A stretch of 62,974 bases of DNA, counting the filler, from Kipferlia bialata (lineage: Eukaryota): NCBI GenBank assembly GCA_003568945.1. It is 7 parts of 7 records of this genome, joined end to end, with 100 filler letters (N's around TTAATTAATTAA, not from the genome) between each part and the next. Parts side by side here need not be neighbours in the genome. Positions count along the whole stretch, not along the records: positions 1 to 10,932 come from BDIP01001330.1; positions 11,033 to 21,961 come from BDIP01001331.1; 5 more parts are not named here. One strand, 5' to 3'. This document shows positions 1-18,549 of the stretch, one piece after another. The notes under the pieces are model-generated. The model saw only the letters and a list, made by a program, of their open reading frames with translations, was not told where the DNA came from and did no database searches. Positions within the stretch are counted from its first letter, which is position 1. The number at the start of each line of letters is the position of its first letter. Both the position numbers and the translations under genes were made by a program.

Positions 1-51
<51 letters not shown>

Positions 52-347
52 AGAGCTAGCATAAAGACATGACTGTTGGGTGTTGTGCACCTCTACCGTG
101 GGGTAGAGGTTCATATAGACAGTATGTCATTCACCGAGTGCCAGAGAGAACTGACTCTGGTATGTAACCAGCCACAACTGTATATATACACACTACTATA
201 TATACTATATACTATATATATCCCTCTCTCACCTGGTGCCTTGACACCACAGGCTCCAGTGCATCCAGACTCAACCACAACTGTATATATATACACACAC
301 TACACACACACAATGTATGTTATATACATATATACATACTGCCTCAC

Positions 348-416
348 CTGGTGCCTTGACACCACAGGCTCCAGTGCATCCAGGGCAAAGGGCAGGGGGG
401 GCAGGGTGTACGACAT
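348..416 (-). CDS. Fe/Mn superoxide dismutase, first exon (rest not found before the contig edge)
   Basis: ATG at 416 reads MSYTLPPLPFALDALEPVVSRHQ then a GTGAG donor; matches the Fe/Mn-SOD N-terminal pattern M-x-Y-x-LP-x-LP-Y/F-xxx-ALEP-x-(I/V)S. Not in the ORF track. Confidence 0.8.
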
Positions 417-888
417 GGCAGGGTGTATATATATAGGGTAAAGAGAGAGGGAGAGGGTAGAGGCTGAATGTCACCAGCTATTCCAACGTGGCAAAACGTT
501 CAATGTCAACCGCTCGTCCCGATGTGTATTATAGAAGCTCGTGTAGCTTCTACAAAATGCCTGAATATAGCTCTGATACTAACTAATCAATACAGACCCT
601 CTCACTTCATCCTCCTGCTGTCTATGAATGCATGCCACACTGATTGGCATTGGGAACTTCTCAATGATTGAGAAGGTGTCACAGCAAATGTAGTGGTTTC
701 CACTCTTTAATAGTGGTACTATGTTTCGCACTAACTAAGCCCAAGTGTGCCTCTCGTGCTTCCTCTCACATACACATGTAATTCTGGCAATTTCAACACC
801 TCCACCCTGGCCCTCAGCCGTGCGTTATGCGTACTGTTCCCTCTCTCTCTGTCCGTCAATGATATAGGTCCTCTCTCTCTCCCTCTCC

Positions 889-3800
889 CTACCCCACCAT
901 CCTCTCACGAGCGTCTGTGTCCGACATAACACACGCCACAATGAACCTGAGGGTGTTAGAGGATATAGTAATGCTGCAAACTATAGTATCTACAGGATAG
1001 TATATAGCATCTATTGGATACCCCGCCACAACGAACCTGAGGGTGTTAGAGGATAAGGGATCGCGGCTCAAATGGGGATGTATGATCCTCAGCCTATATT
1101 GGTACATTCTCAGTTGACGATCTATACCTTGCATTGTCGATATTATATCGTGTGGTATCTATTGGGTACTGTCTACTAAGTGTCAATGCGTATTCATCTA
1201 TGACTCACCTTGCATTGTCGATGATGCACTCTGTGGTGTCTAGGGACACAGCACGGGCATCAACGCCTGGTGTGAGTGTATGCACACATACAGCTACGCT
1301 TGTGGCACTATGAGTACTCACCCTTCCACACTGTGTGCCGGACCTTGCCCCTGTCGCCACTGACACCCAGGGTGTTGTACAGGACATTGACAGACCCGAA
1401 GCAGCATGGGGTTAGTATCGGTATATATGAGTTTTCTTCATGTAACCTCTGATTGGAAGTGTGACGGAACAGTATATACGATAAGTATTCTGACGTGTGT
1501 CTGGTTACTGATGTAACAACGTGCCTGCTCTATACTCCGTGCATGTCTCCACATCTGTGTCCAGATGGAAGCACTTAGGTATGTGGGTCAGAAGCCTCTT
1601 CCACTGAGAGTTAGATAAAGAGGTGCGTAATATAGTGGTCTATCGGGAAGTTCCTGTGACCTGTTACTTGTCACAGACAGTTGTACCTGTTGCGCTGCCT
1701 CTGGTTCAGCCCATGGGGAGTCTAGGAGGAGGGTGGAGGCAAAGGCAGACATCTAGAGGTAAGGCAATGGTATATACGCATATAGGCTAGTCGCAAGTAC
1801 GGGGGCAAGCATACCACGTGTACCGTACAGTCTCAATCACAGTATATATACCGTACGTTGTGTTCATATTGGGCATGTGTCATACCTGCTTAGTGACGCA
1901 TGTGCCTGGTGTCTGTGAGACAGGCAGTATGATGAGCATGCCCCCGGTCCCAATGAGTACATCATCCCCGTCTCTGATGTAGGGGCCTCTCCTCTGGCAC
2001 CCGAAGCAGCACGTGTCAGCTATCAGCAGAGAGCCTAAGGAGTTAGTAATTCGATAGTCAAGCAGAGAGCCTAGCAAGTGAGTGATAGGTTAGGACAACA
2101 CAACCACTCAAGATGTAGCAACATGTTCCTATGTCTCACCTAGCCCCCTGAGTGCCTGTCTTCTGACCCCCTCTGGTAGGCATACCACAGTGTCAGGCAC
2201 AGTGGATATCACAGTGGAGGCAGCGTGGGGGGCACCGATCCTGGGTGTTAACACGGGTCCTAGAAGATATAGAGTGTTGATAGATAGGTAGTTCGCAGTT
2301 AGGGATATCTCAGTGGAGGCAGCGTGGGGAGTACCGATCCTAGATGTTAGTGTGTTAGGATACTGCCCAATTACAACAATTGCCGTGGAACACCTCACCT
2401 TGCCATTGTCTACTAATACTTGGTCTGTCATTCATGTTCCAGTTGACAGGCATTCATGGAATGCTATCACTGCATATATATATATATATACATATATATC
2501 CCACCTTGCTATTGTCTGCATCTGCTGCTTGACATGGGGGTCCATCCTGTCTCTCCTCCTGTCTAGCTCTGTATCTATCTCTGGCACTTCATCCACACCC
2601 TCATCACCTTCACACTCATCATCTCCCTCCACTTCTGCCTTGGTCTGTCTACTTGGGGTCAGTGGCACACCCCCACTACTCACGTCACCCTCTGGATGGG
2701 GCATCTGGTGGCAGGGCATGCAGTAGTTGAACCTATGAATCAGTTATTGTAATGCATATCAATAGATAGAAAACCGATAGACACCCATACCAGAAGACAA
2801 GGCGTGCAGTGGAACCTAGATATTAGATACTATACACTATACTGTTTATATATATAATACCAGAAACCCATACCAGAAGTGTCCGTGTGATGCAGGTGTA
2901 ATAGCATTTGCTGTCCCATGGTGCTCCCTCTGTTGTCTCCTCTGCACCCTGGCCTCTCTCTTCCTCTCTCCCTGTCGCCGGGCTTGCACCTAGGGGTTAT
3001 GTTTCAATATTCGCTATAGTCCTCGATGATACCCCGTACCTACGAGAAGAGTATGCGGACAGTACAATTACTGTTACTAATCAGGTATGTGTGTTATACC
3101 TTTGCCACGTGGCTGGTGAGGGAGAGAGAGAGCGAGTCCAGGCTGGGTCTGTTGACCAGGAAGGACACGCACATGGCACCACGGTCGAAGCTGGGAGTCA
3201 GGACTCTACTGCAATATATATATGCAACTGACCAATTGCCCTCAATTCCCCACCTCTTAGTGAGCATGCCCTCTATGGCGCTTACTGCCTTGGTGTGGCC
3301 TATAGTAAGGACACAGAATGGTTCACTCATATGTTACACATGATTCATGTACTAGTGAGTGTTGTACTAGCACCCACCTTTACTGTTTGGAGCCAGGTAC
3401 AGAAGAGGCACGAGGGAGAACAGGGAGGAGAATGTGTCAAACCTAAGGTGAGTTGAGACCAACTATCAGCTATATTTCATATACCATTAGTGTACTGATA
3501 CTATTGAGACACTGGAGACTCTCCAGTGGATAGTGGTAGTCTACGAACCATGGCGTTGCTATGGCCTCCTGTGCGGGCACTCCCAGTCTGAGGATGGCCA
3601 GTCGGTAGCAGATGTGCCTGCAGTCAGAAAGAGTGTACAGATACACCAGAAGCCCTAGAATGGCTAGTTCTGATTCCTCTCCCCCAGTCCACTCACATGC
3701 AGTCCACCGAGGTCTCGTCATCAGGTGACACATAGGAGTCTCTTTCGCCCTGTTCCTCAGGGTGTGCATCTCCACCTTGCCTTGAGGACTTGGACCTGAC

Positions 3801-4956
3801 CACACCCCTGCTCTCCCTCTCTCTCTCCCTCTCTGTCTTTGTCCTCGGCCCTAGATCATCACTGCTATACCTTACATCACGGAACAGGGCTGTTGTGAGA
3901 ATGGGCCTGAATATAGTTGGGTCAGGGATAATCTCCAATAGAATTACTAGGCCTAGTATATAATAGTATACGATGTTGTGTTAGGTACCACAATATGTAT
4001 ACACTTGTACCTGCCAGCACCGTGGGATATGTATAATTATATGTATATATACATATACACATACATACATACCTGCCAGTACTGTGGGTGTATCTGGGTC
4101 TGCGTGTCTGGATGACAGGATGTGCAGAGACTCCAGCTCATGCCTAGGGTGAGACAGAGAAGGATAGAGAGAGAGAGAGAGAGAGAGAGGACAGGATGTG
4201 CAGGGAGAGAGAGATATCATGATGTGCAGAGACTCTAGCTCATGCCTTGGGTGAGACAGACAGAGAGAGGACAGGATGTGCAGAGACTCCAACTCATGCC
4301 TTGGGTGAGGGGAGAGATCAGGAGCTATACTATAGACACAACAGACAAAGAAAAGGAATACTCATAACCGTCTAGTAGCTCACAGAAACATGTATCTATA
4401 GTCCATGGCTGGTAACGAGTAGCAGAGAGAGAGACTTCCTCCCACAAAGGTACGCTATTAGGTGGGATAGACAACGTATATATAGAATTTCACACATCTA
4501 TGGGAGTCACGTTCTGAGCGAGAGAGAGAGAGAGAGAGAGAGGCAGAGTACAACCCACCATGGCAGACCCTGGCCTGAGACCAGCTGTAGGGTGGGGAAC
4601 CGAAGGAGTTCCTGTGTCAGTATAGATAGATGATAACAGTAAGTGGACTCATATCATGGATGGGTGTACCTGGTGGGAGACTCGTCTCCCCAGCATAGAC
4701 CTCTCCTAAGGAGGTTTCTCTCTCTCCCTCTCTGCGACACACTCTGGCTGGTCTCCGCAGACTCTCTCTCTCTGTCTCTCTCTCTCTCTAACTGCGGGGT
4801 GTAGTGTTTAGGACCTGGATGCTCCAGTTGGGTGTATCTGTGTGCACACTAGCAGGGCTAGCAGTTAAGAGTGTTGCCTAACTGTTGGGTAAATATAGAG
4901 TGTGTTTCCGTGACACGTATCTCTCAGCATCTATTGATACTGAGGGTATCATGTGA
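889..4956 (-). CDS. Multi-exon hypothetical protein, possible weak WD40-like segment
   Basis: Chain of GT-AG bounded exons (e.g. HELESLHILSSRHADPDTPTVLAG; VLTIGHTKAVSAIEGMLTKR; GVDARAVSLDTTECIIDNAR; FIVACVMSDTDARERMVG*). GH-T-x-AV resembles a WD40 start, but no clear WD dipeptide was seen. Confidence 0.5.
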
Positions 4957-5115
4957 TGAGGAAGACGTTCGCAGTAGACACTTTCTCTTGTCCAAGCAAT
5001 CAATTTGACATGACCGAGAGATGAGACAGAAAATCCGACTGAGCAAGGATCGGTGTGAAAGATACGTCTTCTCTGGTCTCACATACAAACACACAGGGAG
5101 AGAGAGAGAGAGAGG

Positions 5116-9422
<4,307 letters not shown>

Positions 9423-9912
9423 GAGAGATGAGAGAGGGAGTTAGTCTTTCTAGTAGGACGTCGTCTATCGGTGTCTACGCTACCTCTCCTCAGCTGAGTT
9501 GATTCCTCTAAATTGACTCCTCTGAATCTATTTCCTCTAAATTGATTCCGCTGAGTTGGATATCCAATTCAATTCTGGGAACCCATGTTTGTCTGGTCAA
9601 TTGTAGTCGTATTACTATCATGTAACAACTGGAAGGAATAGATATATATTGTGTCCCAGTGTTACCAATGTTGGTGAGACTCTCACTGAGAGTCGGTCTC
9701 TCTAGGGGCTCTTCTTGAGGTATCTATATATCTGTAAATATATCTAAATATGCCTGCAATCCCTGTTACTGCCAAATTGGCTGGTGCCAACAATGCTCGT
9801 AGCTACAAGTGGTCCAATGATTATTGTGGTTATACTGGATTCTTGATACTTGGTGTCTATTGCACACAAGTCGTCGTTTAGTACAAGAGTCGGCTGTATC
9901 AAGAGGTATACC

Positions 9913-9952
<40 letters not shown>

Positions 9953-9954
9953 CT

Positions 9955-10087
9955 GCTATTGCAGTGTCCCAAGGAGTGCCAGAGCGACTGAGACCCGGAT
10001 CTCGCTGGTGTGAGTGACCACTAATATATATACTCATATACTAAGGTTTCATATAGGTATATATATGTTCTCTACACTATTCTATGT

Positions 10088-10122
<35 letters not shown>

Positions 10123-10800
10123 GTACATCTCACCTTGGCATATCCGTGTATTATTATAATTCTATATATATAGATATATATATATATGAGTACCTAGGCA
10201 TATCCGTGTCTGAGAGTATGCTCCTGATCTCCTCCACACCCTCCACCAGCTCTCTCTCTCTCTCTCCCTCTACACCCTTATCCTCAGTGTGCATGGGAGA
10301 CACGACACCATCACAAGTCTCTCTCCCTCTCTCTCCCCCTCCGTCACCCCCACCTTGCCCGGTCGGGACAGTCTCTCTCTCCCCCCCTCCCCCCTCTCCT
10401 ACTACCGAGACTGTAACACCATTACCCTCAGATATAGTAGTGGATATACCAGTCGGGTCTTGATGCGGTGCTTGATGTTGCGTGTGTTGCGGGGCGTGTG
10501 TGTGGGTGTCTTGCTCTGTATACTGGATGGGGACGGAGGGAGAGAGCTAGAGTGAGTGATAATACAACACAAGCTATACTAAAGGTATATATATGTATTA
10601 TACTTTAGAAGACAATGTGTCAAGGGTTTTTGAGGACGGATGGAGAGAGCTGGGGAAAGAGAGGGCATATTAGAGTATATATTGAATAGTATATATTAGA
10701 GCAGAAGAGGATATACTGCAGAGGCAAATATGTATATGCTAAACCTCTACGTATACCGGTGGGAGAAAGAAATACTCCTGCATGGAATCGGAGAGCTGCT
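9955..10800 (-). CDS. Hypothetical protein, 3' exons
   Basis: Exons ...ERELVEGVEEIRSILSDTDMP and EIRVSVALALLGTLQ* with canonical splice sites. Confidence 0.45.
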
Positions 10801-10932
10801 ATGAGAGAGGGGAGAGGCGAATATACATATGAAAATACACCGTATGTTACTAGTGAGACAGCAAATAATACGGGAAACAGAGTGGGGGTAGGGGGGGGGG
10901 GGGGGGGGGGAGGGAGGACACCCACCAGTCAT

Positions 10933-11032
10933 NNNNNNNNNNNNNNNNNNNNNNNNNNNNNNNNNNNNNNNNNNNNTTAATTAATTAANNNNNNNNNNNN
11001 NNNNNNNNNNNNNNNNNNNNNNNNNNNNNNNN
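10933..11032. other. Artificial contig linker (N44-TTAATTAATTAA-N44)
   Basis: 100-nt spacer with stops in all six frames. Identical linkers at 21962-22061, 32990-33089, 44010-44109, 55029-55128 and 60811-60910. Confidence 0.98.
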
Positions 11033-11056
11033 TATACTTATAGTATTTGTAATGTA

Positions 11057-12996
11057 CCTCATCCCCGTGCACCTTGACGTCTCTCTCATCCCCAATGAGG
11101 TCACCCTCTAGGATGGAGAGCTGGAGTAAGATGACAATTAACTAAAGACTTAGTGATTAATCACATATTATCTCATCACACCCAAATATATATGAAAACA
11201 AGAGATAGAGAGAACTCCAATGAGGTCACCCTCCAGGATAGAGAGCTGATGTTGAGTGATCATCATACACACATACACTTATATATATATATATATATAT
11301 AGTTATGGATGAGTACCCCTACCTTCTCCTGCATGGCGACTCTCTTGCTGGCTGCCAGGTTCCATAGACTGATATACATGTATATATATATATGTGTATA
11401 ATACATATAATGTATATGTATAATATATATATATATAATGTATATATAGTCTACACATCTATATACCTTCTCCTGCATGGCGACTCTCTTGCTGGCTGCC
11501 AGGTTCCATATGTAGCCCTGGTAGGCATGCATGAAGAGGGACTTGGTGTGCCTAAGGATGAGATGGCACAGAGATACATATCGACCTCTACACATTGGGA
11601 TAGTTCCTATATATGGATATGGATATTGTATGTACTATACACGGTGATGCAGCATTATAGAGGGTACACTATCTTGGGATTGCCCTGCTGTATTTATATG
11701 CTATTCATATGTATATATATACATATCAATATACATATACTATCTATATATATAAGTATATATATACTATGTATATATCTCATACCTTGGAATTGCCCTG
11801 CTGATGTCCATAAAAACACCAGCAGGAACATAGAGTAACAAATCATTATATGTATGTATATCCATTTCTATACATATACGTGTATATAACGTGGACTTAC
11901 CCTGCTGATGATGACAATAACACACTAGTAAACATAAGCTTAGTAAGGCATCACAGTATTCAGTACTCATGTTAATGGCATAATACCTTGGGATTGCCCT
12001 GCTGATGATGTGCATGGCCACAGAGTCATTGACCTGGGGGATAAGACATCATAGGACATAAATATACATAAAATGTGTACATAAATACATAGAGAGAGAG
12101 AGTCATACATATATACATACCTCTGTGAGTGTTGTCCTGGCTAGAGACTGTGAGACCACTTTACTCATTGTCACAATATTCACACATATATACTATATAC
12201 TATATACACGTATATATACCTCTGTGAGTGTTGTCCTGGCTGCCCTGAGGCACTCCCTCACGTGCTCAACGCCTGAGGGTCAGACATATATAGTAAAATC
12301 TCAACAATAGTGTATATGTATTGAGGGGGAGAGCGTACATGCGTAACACCTGATATGGTAACAGATAAACTTACTTGTTACTAAGTCTTGTCAGTGTGTA
12401 TACAGAGACTATCTTCCATAACCCCCTGATCCCCAAAACGAAATCACAATACATATACATGTGTAACACAATAGTTGTACTCACTTCCTGGCCTGGGTCC
12501 CCTAAAGTCCCTGGTGTCCCTGCGGCTGGGGGTTAGAGCGGTAGATCTGCATTGTACATATAAAAATACATATGAACACACATATAGGGTCTCTCAGAGA
12601 GAGCAGAAGAAAAGTCCCTGCTGTCCCTAGGGCTGGGGGTGAGAATGGGGTGAGACAGATACAGAAATAGGAATAAAGTGAATGAATATGAGTGCAATAC
12701 ACCGACTCATGTCCTTCTGTCTCTCCCTCTCCTCCAGATCTCTCTCTCTCTCTCTCTCTCCATACATACACACATATATATATGAGTATATATATGTTCT
12801 AACCTCATGTCCTTCTGCCTCTCCCTCTCCTCCTCCACATCGGCATCTCTCTCTCTCTCTATATATATACATATATTAGTGTGTATATACACCCACCTCA
12901 TGTCCCTCTGCCTCTCCCTCTCCTCCTCCACATCGGCACCGGACAGCATGCGCTCGGCAAGGGCCTAGAGTGAGGGTAAATGTATATATAATGTTC

Positions 12997-13033
<37 letters not shown>

Positions 13034-14821
13034 CTGGCACCGGACAGCATGCGCTCGGCAAGGGCCTTGAGTGAGAAACCAAAACACAGACACATATATA
13101 GANNNNNNNNNNNNNNNNNNNNNNNNTGAGAAACCAAAACACAGACACATATATAGACACTGATAAAGAGCGAGAGAGAGACACCGAACAGCATGCGCTC
13201 GGCAAGGGCCTAGGAGTTAGGGTATAATAGTAGAGAGAGAGAGAGAGAGACTGACACGGGACAGCATGCGCTTGGCAAGGGCCTAGGGACGAGAGTCACT
13301 CACATAAATAGGGGGTATACATATGTCAAAATGTCAAAAGAAATGTACACACCTTGTCCTTGCCGTGTGCACTTGACTTGATGTACAGGGCCAGGGCATC
13401 CATTTGTAGACATATATACAATAAGCATTATATATCCATATTCCAATCTATGTATATATGTAGTATATATGTAGTGTATATATATATACCTTGTCCTTGC
13501 CGTGTGCACTTGACTTGATGTACAGGGCCAGGGCATCCTTGAACCTGCCTAGCAGGATGGCAAGACCTGGAGTAAACATGTAAGTGGATACAAATCTACT
13601 CTTTAGAACAAAGAGTGAAAGAGAGACGTTTAGAAATCTCGTAACCGATCTGGTTTATTTGTGGGCACGCTCAAAACTTGAATATTGCAATAGTAGCCCG
13701 TATACCCAGTGTTATTTGCTACCATTGTATGTATCCACTGAAGAGATATATCACATACCGATCTGGTGAGTGGGCACAAGCTCACTGGTGCCGAAGCGCT
13801 GGAGACCAAAGTAGTTGACAAAGCCTAGAGTGAGAGAGGATAGCCTTAAGTAGAATAAGCCCTGGGAATAGCACTGAAATATATCCATGTACTAGCTCAA
13901 TGAGTATTGGTTCCTATTATGTGTAGTCATTTACATATTGTCCAAAGTAGTTGACAAAGCCTAGAGTGAGAGGAGATACTGATACATAATGACATTCAGT
14001 GGCAGGAACATACAATATCCTACCTGTCTTTCTGATGCTGTGGGTGAAGGTCAGGAAGATACATTATCAATCATTTTCAAATGTGCAATGTACAAATACA
14101 ATCATATACCCTATATACCTGTCTCCCTGATGCTCTGGATGTTGGCCAGGATCTCATTGACCTTGCCGGGGGTGATGGACCTAAGATAAAGATGGAGGAG
14201 TTAGTGTAAACACGGTATCTGAAAGACTCCTTTGCAAAATATTGCAGATACTGAATTGACCTTTCAGGGAGTGGAACAAGAGTAAAGAAATAGTGTATGT
14301 AGCGGTGTTAATACAATACAATTGTGAGCTTCTCTGTAAGTTTCATACCTCAGCACAATGCCGAATCTGTTTCCATCAGAGTCACCGAGGCTCAGGGGCT
14401 TGTCACTGGGGGTAAGCAATATATATATATATACATATAGTGTAACACATATCTACACACATATATCTTACTCTATGAGGCTCAGGGGCTTATCACTGGG
14501 GGTGAGGGATACAAATATCGTATATACTCATTTCTAGAAGTCTGAACATATGAGAAGAACATATGTGTGAATGTCGAGCATCCTTCCCCCGACCGTCCAC
14601 CTCCGAAGAGTATTATTAGACATATGCACTCAGCCATTCTTACCTGAATGTGAAGTTTCCGACCTCCATGCCATCATCCTTCAGGCCTCTCTCTCTCTCT
14701 CTTTACAAATTCTTACATACACCGGTATATATATAAATACCCTACCCCACCTGAATGTGAAGTTTCCGACCTCCATGCCATCAATCTTGTCCACTGCACC
14801 CTGGATGAAGGAGGGGGGGAC
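11057..14821 (-). CDS. PUS7: TruD-family pseudouridine synthase (PUS7-like), middle/C-terminal exons only
   Basis: Spliced motifs MEVGNFTFSDKPLSLGDSDGNRFGIVLR, GFVNYFGLQRFGTS, SLFMHAYQGYIWNLAASKR, LEGDLI. The catalytic GTKD exon is absent from this contig. Confidence 0.92.
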
Positions 14822-14963
14822 CTAGGGGTTAGACATTGTATAGATAGATATATATATTACATTGTACACATACACTGCACCCTGGATGAAGGAGGGGGGG
14901 GGGGGACCTAGGGGTTAGCCACAATGTATATATATAGGAATAGAGGAATACAAATGTGGTAGA

Positions 14964-15000
<37 letters not shown>

Positions 15001-15022
15001 GAAATAAAAAAAAAAAAAAAGG

Positions 15023-15059
<37 letters not shown>

Positions 15060-15060
<1 letters not shown>

Positions 15061-15258
15061 ACACCTTGACAAGATCAAGCGTCACTTGGAGTGAGTAGCC
15101 TTGGATATACATACATTGAATTACATACACACATATATGGGTGTGCATGGGTACCTTGAATGATATGGGGATGCACAGGCTGCCGAGGAGGAAGAACCTC
15201 AGGGGGATGACCAAGGGGGTGTACCTGGGGTTGGAGAGACATACTTATACTTATACTT

Positions 15259-15304
<46 letters not shown>

Positions 15305-15474
15305 TAATGATGGGATCACAAAACCATATTTAGAAGGAATATACATATTCAATATGTACATATACATATACTGTGTCCGTACCACATGTCCTGGTCATTC
15401 TCGTAGTACAGGTACCACTGGCCATCCTGCAGAGAGGACTGGAGGGCGGTGCCTGGAGGTGAGGTCTATATATG

Positions 15475-15516
<42 letters not shown>

Positions 15517-16330
15517 TCCACTGGCCATCCTGCAGGGAGGACTGGAGGGCGGTGCCTGTGGGTTAACGGCGAATATATATATATATATAAATAGAGAGAG
15601 AGAGAGAGAGACCGAGAGAGAGAGAGCACGCACCCAGGATGGAGAATGCGAGCACCAGGGCCCACTGCAGGAGGAAGATGAAGATGGTCCACTTCTGCAG
15701 CAGAGAGTCACTCTTGGTCCACTTCTTGGGGGGCTTGGCCTATGTATTAAGGGTGTAGGGAGAGAGAGAGAGAGAGATATATATAATATGCATTCCACCC
15801 AACCTTGTTGAGCGCGAGCTTTGTCTCCCCAGCTGTGTATGTCACACAACACAGGACAGACCCAGACATCCTGGGATGAGGACAGTAGAAACAGACACAC
15901 ACATACACATGTATATATACATGTATACATATTGAAAGAGAGAGATAGAGAAAGATAGATACATTTAGGGTATATATACGCATGTATACTCAGTAACACA
16001 ACACAGTACTGACCCAGACATCCTGGGGGGGTGAGAGATACATACACAAGAATCGATACAAATATCGGGAATACAGTAATAGAGATTGACACAGTACATA
16101 CTCAGCCAGGGTGAGGACGGGCTATCAAACATACCACCACCACGAAATACTTGAGCCTTTAGCATATATATATACATATATACATATACACAGTACCTCA
16201 GCCTGACCCCACCCCAGAGGGTGTTGTCCACTGTGAGGGGCACCACATTGACTGCATTGGAGGCAGCGATGGTGCCGGAACTGACACGCCTGAGGTGTCT
16301 GGAGGGGGAGAGGGGGCTGGGGGGTGAGAT

Positions 16331-16379
<49 letters not shown>

Positions 16380-16456
16380 TGAGGTGTCTGGAGGGGGACA
16401 GGGGGCTGAGGGGTGAGAAGGTATCCATATACATAAGGACATGGAGAGGGAGAGAA

Positions 16457-16490
<34 letters not shown>

Positions 16491-18251
16491 TACCTGGACC
16501 CTGTGATTGCATCAGTGGGGGCTAGCTCAAGACGGCCTGGGGTGAGACAGGGGAAAGAAAGGAGAGCCTATATATATGATATATATATATGAGAGCACTG
16601 TATCTCTATGACAGGTAGAACCGCGTAACATCGCATTTAGACACCTGTGAACCCGTGTATGTCAGCTGAGGGGGCACAACACAAATACACTATCTTTCAC
16701 TCGTTTTGTGCCAGTATCATCATCTATATCCATATATATTCATATATATACCTGTGAACCCGTGTATGTCAGCTGAGGGTGGGGGCACCACAACCCTGGC
16801 CTGGAGGGACCCGAGTTGAATGGGGGTGAGGGCCTGGGGTGAGGAGGGAAGGACATTGGACCGAGAACACAAATATATATGTACACATAGATGAGTGGGT
16901 ATCCACCTGTGTATCCAATATATGTAATATATATATGTAAGTATACACTTTACACACCTGTGTATCTCCTACACTCATCCTAGTCTTGAGGTTGGTCTCC
17001 CCATCTAGGTTGGCTGTCACTATCTGGGCAGGGGACGGGACGGGGACGGGGGAATGGGGGGAGTCTGTGCCTAGGGGATAAGGGCAATGATAGGTATTAG
17101 TATGAGCAGATATGTACAAATATACATATATATAGGGGAGGGTGAGGGGTCGGTGCCTGGGTGAGTAGACAAGACGGATAGAGAGCCATACAACACAAGA
17201 CATAATATGTCTTATACATTATGACACACCCTTGACGCTGAGCAGGATAGAATTAATACACATAATACACACAGAGCTATGTATGCACATATGCATTGAT
17301 ACACGTATATATCACATACCCTTAACACTGAGCAGCACACTGTCTGCTGGTACCTCCTGGCCATCACTCAGACACAGAATGTCACCTGGGGTCAGGGTAT
17401 GTAAATATATATGACTCTATAATACAAACAATATATAATTGTCATCGGTCAGACACAGGATGTCACCTGGGGTGGGGGTATGTATATATATGACTCTATA
17501 ATACAAACAATATATATATGTCATCGGTCAGACACAGGATGTCACCTGGGGTGAGAGTATGTGTATATATATGACTATATAATACAAACAATATATATAT
17601 ATCATCGGTCAGACACAGGATGTCACCTGGGGTCAGGGTATGTATATACATAAATATATATATATATATACAGATAGGAATATACACAAACTACATACTC
17701 ACAGAACACATACATATTACGACTCAAACACAGATACAACTACATACCCACAGCTATGTCCTTGGATGCCACTCTGTGTGTAGTGCCATCAGGACACAGA
17801 CGCAGGTAGACACGGGCATTGGCCTCCTGGGGGTAAGAAGTATATATATATACATATGAATATATAAATATTGTATAGAGAGAGACACGGGCAGTGGCCT
17901 CATGGGGGGTAAGATATGTACATATATGCAGTAGAAATAGATATAGTTAGATAGCTAGGATTCAATAGGCACATGATGTAAGAGAGAGAGAGATGGACAC
18001 GGGCATTGGCCAGGAGGGTTAGAGAGAGAGAGAGAGAGAGAGATAAGGGACAGAGAGGACTGAAGGAGCTCCATATACATATCCACACATATACCCACAC
18101 CTTGTCCATCTTCTTCCTCCTGAGGTCATCGTACAGGTCCATCTCTCTCTCTCACTCTCTCTCTCTATATATATATAGGTATATATACATATCCACACAT
18201 ATATCCATACCTTGTCCATCTTCTTCCTCCTGAGGTCATCGTAGAGGTCCA

Positions 18252-18291
<40 letters not shown>

Positions 18292-18499
18292 GATATATAT
18301 ACATATCCACGCATATATCCATACCTTGTCCATCTTCTTCCTCCTGAGGTCATCGTACAGGTCCTTGCACATTGTGATGCCAAGGACCATGATGAGGGGG
18401 GCCCAGGTGGTGATGGGGTTGACTGGGATAAGAAGGAGAGAGAGAGAGAGGACCATGATGAGGGGGGGCCTGGTGGTGATGGGGTTAACTGAGGTGAGG

Positions 18500-18549
<50 letters not shown>

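Noticed and set aside
1..48. Poly-G tracts as telomeres or G-quadruplex elements
   Set aside because: They cluster at contig ends and suspect joins; their lengths are unreliable and they look like intronic poly-C on the sense strand
9495..9560. Short degenerate tandem repeat (TTGATTCCTCTAAA-like), and a ~20-nt minisatellite at 38065-38215
   Set aside because: Ordinary local slippage with no sign of function
10933..11032. TTAATTAATTAA as a biological motif or piggyBac target
   Set aside because: Identical, centred in fixed-length N runs; an artificial six-frame-stop linker. Gene neighbourhoods across linkers are meaningless.
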